A stretch of 64,000 nt of DNA, from NCBI GenBank assembly GCA_963823335.1, contig CAWGLD010000001.1, positions 1 to 64,000 of the forward strand, given 5' to 3'. Source of the stretch: an uncultured delta proteobacterium (GTDB lineage Bacteria > Desulfobacterota > Desulfobacteria > Desulfobacterales > B30-G6). A program made the translations under genes and the position numbers. The number at the start of each line of letters is the position of its first letter. The first letter of the stretch is position 1. The notes beneath the pieces were generated by a model. It was not told the origin of the DNA. It did no database searches and was given only the letters and a program-made list of their open reading frames with translations. Below, piece after piece: positions 59,339 to 64,000 of the stretch.

Positions 59339-60504
59339 CAATCAAACCGCTCCCCTTTTTGCCGTACAAACTCCAAGAAACTTTCTCTTTTCGGAATTTG
59401 GAAAGGCATGTCTTCCAGATTCTCCGCGATGGGGAATCGACCATAGGTATGACACGCCGCCACGGCCGCATGAATATGATCCGATGGTGTATCAGCAGGA
59501 ATCTGGTTGAGATGAATCATACAGCGTCCGTTTCGCGCCATCTTGTCGATATAGAGCTTGATGCGTTCCACAATCGCCTCAACTGGCCCAGCTTTCAGCA
59601 ATGTTGCATCGACACCGGCGGATACAAAGGCGTTGTGCTTATTTGCAAATGCCTTCACTCTCTCCGGGCCGATGTCGTACAAATCCGGATCCAGCACACT
59701 CAGGGAGCCGGGACTGCATTTGAGTTTTTGCAAGAAAAAACGCTCCGGGTCTCTGCTTTTTGCATCACCCCAGTTCCCTCTTGTAATCACGTTGTCGCCT
59801 AATCTGTCTCGCAGTCGCTCAGTGTAAGCCACTACATATTCATCCATCATATCAAGGGTGATCATCGGAGGAGAGGCCCAGGCATCACGTCCATCGATGA
59901 TCAGATTCTCATTTCCGGCCTCGCTTCTCATCACTTCGATAAAGGGTACGATAGCATCGTCACACAGAAATTTAAACAGACGATGCACAAAGCGCGGCCG
60001 ATCGAACATATCCGTGACCAGGTTTTCATATCCCCGGATATTTGCAGCAATGCTGAACGGTCCGGAAAAATAGACCCGCTCTAGCTTTCCCGTCATTTCC
60101 AGGAAATGTTTATTGACCTCCCGGACCCACGGCATGCGGCCGGATTTATATGGATCAGGGGGGATGATTCGATCCAGATCCGATGGTGTACGTATGAGCG
60201 GCCGGGTACGGTCGGTATCTGGTATCCCCCTGGAAGGATAAATGACTCTTTGTCCCAGGGCTTCGGCCTCTATGTTGTATACGTCCCAGAAATTACTGAC
60301 CAGATCGAAGCGGTAGTATTCGGTAACGAGGAGTTGTATCTGCGTAAAAGTAAGCGCGTCTGTGAAGAAACGTTTTGCTGAAACACCTGCGATATGAGCT
60401 GAATGGTCATTGCTTTGAGCTCCGATGGCAATATTGGTTTCTTGGGTGGTCGGGCCTGTGCCCGTTTTTCTTGCTATTGTCATGATAAAGCTCCATAGCA
60501 TCAT
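59338..60504 (-). CDS. URO-D / MtaA-like (uroporphyrinogen decarboxylase family) protein
   Basis: NIEAEALG, DPYKSGRMP, GPFSIA..IRG, IPADTP..HIHA. Confidence 0.7.
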   Translation of the reverse strand: MMLWSFIMTIARKTGTGPTTQETNIAIGAQSNDHSAHIAGVSAKRFFTDALTFTQIQLLVTEYYRFDLVSNFWDVYNIEAEALGQRVIYPSRGIPDTDRTRPLIRTPSDLDRIIPPDPYKSGRMPWVREVNKHFLEMTGKLERVYFSGPFSIAANIRGYENLVTDMFDRPRFVHRLFKFLCDDAIVPFIEVMRSEAGNENLIIDGRDAWASPPMITLDMMDEYVVAYTERLRDRLGDNVITRGNWGDAKSRDPERFFLQKLKCSPGSLSVLDPDLYDIGPERVKAFANKHNAFVSAGVDATLLKAGPVEAIVERIKLYIDKMARNGRCMIHLNQIPADTPSDHIHAAVAACHTYGRFPIAENLEDMPFQIPKRESFLEFVRQKGERFD

Positions 60505-60615
60505 ACCGGCCGGTTGTCATTCAATATCCCAATGAACACCCGAGATCCCCACACAGGCTCCATAGGATTTTGGATATTATATCTTGACAGCAGCATATCC
60601 GGTTCGTAATCTCCT

Positions 60616-60761
60616 TAGAAGCTATCTCAAAATAGTTTTTTGGCCCAATTTCTGTGTTGGTCCCTTGCTTCAACTCCTCGGAATACTTCAGTATGCCTGC
60701 GGGTTGAATTTCGGGCCCGCCTTGAACTTGAACCAAAACCCTTTTTTTGAGATAGCTTCTA
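60616..60761. mobile_element. 146-bp MITE
   Basis: Perfect 17-bp TIR TAGAAGCTATCTCAAAA / TTTTGAGATAGCTTCTA. Confidence 0.75.
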
Positions 60762-60788
60762 TCATATTTTTTTGGGGGAGGTTGACCA

Positions 60789-63212
60789 ATGATTCAAAAC
60801 TACGAGAAGCTCGGTGCTTTTTATCTCGGCAAGGAATATGACCTGGCCACCCGTACGCTCAAAGAGGACCTGATTCTCTACGATTCCAAAGATCTCAATA
60901 CCCACGCGGTCATCATCGGCATGACCGGCAGTGGTAAAACAGGACTTGGCATCGGTCTTCTGGAGGAAGCGCTGATCGACAACATCCCCATTATTGCCAT
61001 CGATCCCAAAGGGGATCTGCCCAACCTGCTTTTGACCTTTCCAGACCTTGACCCCATGGATTTCCAACCCTGGGTGAATACCCAGGATGCTCTCAACCAG
61101 GGTCTCAGCATCGACAAATTCGCTGCCAAGCAGGCTGAAACCTGGCGCAAGGGACTCGCGGACTGGGGCCAGGCACCGGAACGCATCGCCCGTCTGAAAG
61201 CTGCGGCGGAGTTTACCGTGTACACCCCGGGAAGCCATGCAGGGGAGCCGGTAAGTGTTCTAAAATCCTTTGCTCCCCCGCCGTCTGCAATTCTTGCAGA
61301 AACCGACCTGTTTCGCGAATGTGTCCAGACCACGGCCACAGGTATCCTCGCCCTTTTGGGGATTCAAGCGGATCCCATCACCAGCCGGGAGCACATCCTG
61401 ATTGCCAAAATCCTTGAGGCTGTCTGGTCTGAGTCCAGGAGTCTCGATATCGCCGGTTTGATCCATACCATTCAATCCCCGCCCTTCGAACGTATTGGGG
61501 TGATGGATCTGGAGATGTTCTACCCTGCCAAAGACCGATTTGCCCTGGCCATGCGTCTGAACAACCTCCTGGCATCACCGGGTTTTGAAACCTGGATGGA
61601 AGGCAGGCCCCTCAACATTGGACAGATGCTGCATACTGACCAGGGCAAACCCCGCGCCTCCATTTTTACCATCAGCCATCTTTCAGATACCGAACGAATG
61701 TTTTTCGTTTCCATGCTCCTCAACGAGATTGTCGGATGGATGCGAACCCAGGCCGGCACATCCAGTTTGCGTGCTATTTTGTACATGGATGAAATTTTCG
61801 GATACTTCCCTCCCATCAGCAATCCACCCTCCAAAACACCCCTTTTGACACTTCTGAAGCAGGCACGCGCTTATGGACTGGGCGTGGTGCTGTCTACCCA
61901 AAACCCGGTGGATCTGGACTATAAGGGGCTTGCCAATACCGGTACCTGGTTTATCGGTCGTCTGCAGACCGAACGTGACAAGGGGCGGGTTCTGGAAGGT
62001 CTTGAAGGCGCTGCTGCGGGGAGTCGATTTGATCGCGGTCGTATGGAAGAAATCCTGGCAGGCCTGGGCAAACGGGTATTTCTCCTGCATAACGTGCACG
62101 AAAATGAACCTGTTATTTTCCAGACCCGCTGGGCCTTGTCCTATTTGCGGGGCCCCATGACCCGGGAGCAGATTAAAGCCTTAAAAGCCGACAAGGCGAG
62201 CCAACAGCCGGTGATTGACAATCTATCGGAATCGCTTGCAGCCGGTCCGATAAAACCGGTTGAGCCTGCCCAGGTCCTAACAGGCCCGCCGACACTGCCG
62301 CCGGGGGTTGAAACATTTTATATGCCTGCCTCCGGGGCCGGTCATGGTGTGGTGTATTATCCTGGTGTAATCGGTCGTATGGATGTCCACTATGCCGATG
62401 CCAGGTATATGGTGGAAACCACTGAGACACTGGCGCTTGTCGCCCAGTTGGGAGATGGTCCTGTTGCCCTGGACTGGGACAGTGCTGTGGAAGTTGACCC
62501 TTTCGCCATTGAGACCGTGCCGGTCTCCGGGGGGCAATATGCTGATCTGCCCACAGCGGCATCCAAGGTCACCAACTACCGCAAGTGGAACAAGGACCTG
62601 TTACGCTGGGTAAGTCAAAACCGTCCGAAGTTGCTTTTGCGTTCAAAACGTTTTGGCATGACCAGTCAACTGGGTGAATCCGAGGGCGAGTTTCGATCGA
62701 GACTGGCACAAACAATGCGTGAAAAACGGGATCTGGAAGTTGAGAAGCTGCGCAGAAAATACAGCAAGCGCTTCACGACGTTGAAAGATCGACTGATGCG
62801 CTCCGAGCAGGCCATTGACAGGGAATCCGAGCAGGCCAAGGCCTCAAAAATGCAGACGGCGATTTCCTTTGGCACCGCCATTCTGGGTGCCTTCCTGGGT
62901 CGTAAGGCCGTCAGCACCACATCGGCTTCAAGGGTTGGAACCGCCATGAGATCCGCCAGTCGCGTCAAAAAGGAAAAAATGGACGTGGTCAGGGCCTCAG
63001 AGAGGGCTGAGGCGATCCGTCTGCAACTGACCGAACTCGACGAACGCCTGCAGGCGGATATGGATACGATCGAGCTGTCCCTGGATACGGATGTGGAAGA
63101 GCTCGAGGAAATCAGCATAAAACCCAAAAGCACGGGTATCACCCTGGAGGTCTTTGGGCTGACCTGGATGCCGTTTAGAAGGAATGCCGGCGGCGGGATG
63201 AGCGCAGAATAA
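60789..63212 (+). CDS. HerA/FtsK-like (DUF87/DUF853-type) P-loop ATPase with C-terminal coiled coil
   Basis: GMTGSGKT, IDPKGD, LYMDE, STQNPVDLD. Confidence 0.8.
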   Translation: MIQNYEKLGAFYLGKEYDLATRTLKEDLILYDSKDLNTHAVIIGMTGSGKTGLGIGLLEEALIDNIPIIAIDPKGDLPNLLLTFPDLDPMDFQPWVNTQDALNQGLSIDKFAAKQAETWRKGLADWGQAPERIARLKAAAEFTVYTPGSHAGEPVSVLKSFAPPPSAILAETDLFRECVQTTATGILALLGIQADPITSREHILIAKILEAVWSESRSLDIAGLIHTIQSPPFERIGVMDLEMFYPAKDRFALAMRLNNLLASPGFETWMEGRPLNIGQMLHTDQGKPRASIFTISHLSDTERMFFVSMLLNEIVGWMRTQAGTSSLRAILYMDEIFGYFPPISNPPSKTPLLTLLKQARAYGLGVVLSTQNPVDLDYKGLANTGTWFIGRLQTERDKGRVLEGLEGAAAGSRFDRGRMEEILAGLGKRVFLLHNVHENEPVIFQTRWALSYLRGPMTREQIKALKADKASQQPVIDNLSESLAAGPIKPVEPAQVLTGPPTLPPGVETFYMPASGAGHGVVYYPGVIGRMDVHYADARYMVETTETLALVAQLGDGPVALDWDSAVEVDPFAIETVPVSGGQYADLPTAASKVTNYRKWNKDLLRWVSQNRPKLLLRSKRFGMTSQLGESEGEFRSRLAQTMREKRDLEVEKLRRKYSKRFTTLKDRLMRSEQAIDRESEQAKASKMQTAISFGTAILGAFLGRKAVSTTSASRVGTAMRSASRVKKEKMDVVRASERAEAIRLQLTELDERLQADMDTIELSLDTDVEELEEISIKPKSTGITLEVFGLTWMPFRRNAGGGMSAE

Positions 63213-63257
63213 AATCGTAGACACGATTTTATAGAACGCGACGGTGTCGCTCCTTTG

Positions 63258-63360
63258 TATAGGGATTGTCAGAAAAACGTTCCGATTGAGGACCTTTTTT
63301 CTGCTACAACCCCTTATGCCGCCATCCTATTTTCGGAACAGTATTATGACAAGCGGTATA
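63258..63360 (-). mobile_element. 103-bp MITE, copy C (inverted)
   Basis: Reverse complement of 29808-29910 with a few mismatches. Confidence 0.8.
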
Positions 63361-63363
63361 AGC

Positions 63364-64000
63364 TTAACCCGAAACCGGTACGACATAAAATAAGATCGAA
63401 AAGAAATGAAGAATACTTCCAGCCAGCACAAACAGGTGCCAGATGGCATGGTGATATTTCAATGTTTTCCAGCAATAGAAAAGAATGCCGGTCGTGTAGG
63501 CCAGCCCGCCCAGCACGAGAAAGACGATGCCACCGGTCGCCACGGATACGATCAAGGGCTTGATCGCCACCACCACCACCCAGCCCATTCCGATATACAA
63601 ACCCAGGGACAACGCCTGCCAGCGTTTCAGCATGGACAATTGAAACACCAGCCCGAGAGCCGCAAGACCCCAAATCACGCCAAAAAGCCACCAGCCCCAG
63701 GGTCCGCGAAGACTCACCAGTGTAAACGGTGTGTAGGTTCCCGCAATGAGCAGGTATATGGCGGAATGGTCCAGGACCTGTAGAATGCTTTTCACCCGGG
63801 GTTTCTGAATGCTGTGGTAAAGCGTGGATGCCGTGTAAAGAAGTACCAGGGTTGTAGCGTAAATACTGACACTGACAATGTGCCAGACATTGCCGTAGAT
63901 ACTTGCAAAAGCAGTCAGTATTCCCAACGCGGCAATGGCCAGCACCATACCGATCCCGTGGGTGATGCTGTTGGCAATCTCTTCGGCCATGCTGTAATGC
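63364..64000 (-). CDS. Hemolysin III / PAQR family membrane protein (start probably beyond the window)
   Basis: EEIANSITHG, ASTLYHS, DHSAIYLLIAGTYTP, HAIWHLFV. Confidence 0.9.
   Translation of the reverse strand, partial: HYSMAEEIANSITHGIGMVLAIAALGILTAFASIYGNVWHIVSVSIYATTLVLLYTASTLYHSIQKPRVKSILQVLDHSAIYLLIAGTYTPFTLVSLRGPWGWWLFGVIWGLAALGLVFQLSMLKRWQALSLGLYIGMGWVVVVAIKPLIVSVATGGIVFLVLGGLAYTTGILFYCWKTLKYHHAIWHLFVLAGSILHFFSILFYVVPVSG

Noticed and set aside
60789-63212. Anti-phage HerA system
   Set aside because: No adjacent nuclease, SIR2 or other effector gene; stand-alone ATPase.

Overview
Probably a sulfate-reducing Desulfobacterales-type (deltaproteobacterial) chromosome segment; the lineage is inferred from gene content only. 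Several otherwise intact genes carry single-base frameshifts, which suggests indel errors in the assembly. Layout: (1) 1-14.2 kb, a sigma-54-rich cell-envelope region: rfbF start, two LamG proteins, two FN3-like repeat proteins, MerR-TM-TPR, SPOR-beta-barrel, PilZ, a TPR lipoprotein and a mini protein with a PEP-CTERM-like tail. Four exported proteins share a Gly-rich-C-F-I motif. One continues through a TM helix and a second signal peptide into an outer-membrane barrel, forming an apparent polyprotein; this is the best candidate for an undescribed sorting system. (2) 14.5-22.5 kb, a glucosylglycerate/mannosylglucosylglycerate cluster. (3) 22.7-25.5 kb, a decaying usp-cstA-arsA operon. (4) 25.7-48.7 kb, CoA-transferase, patatin, CBS and USP genes, then an anion-transport island (2 DASS, 1 MOT1) with 4 histidine kinases, many receivers and an NtrC-type activator. 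(5) A DUF1538 pair, a PII-like gene and an S1 paralogue. (6) A Rieske/cytochrome b operon with two EB_dh-type heme proteins, preceded by an exact ColR-type box and a ColRS-like system. (7) URO-D-like, HerA-like ATPase and hemolysin III genes. Intergenic DNA holds at least six families of small repeats or MITEs, including decayed copies of a four-helix-bundle (Avd-like) gene cassette with defined ends. No rRNA, tRNA, CRISPR array or transposase was recognised.
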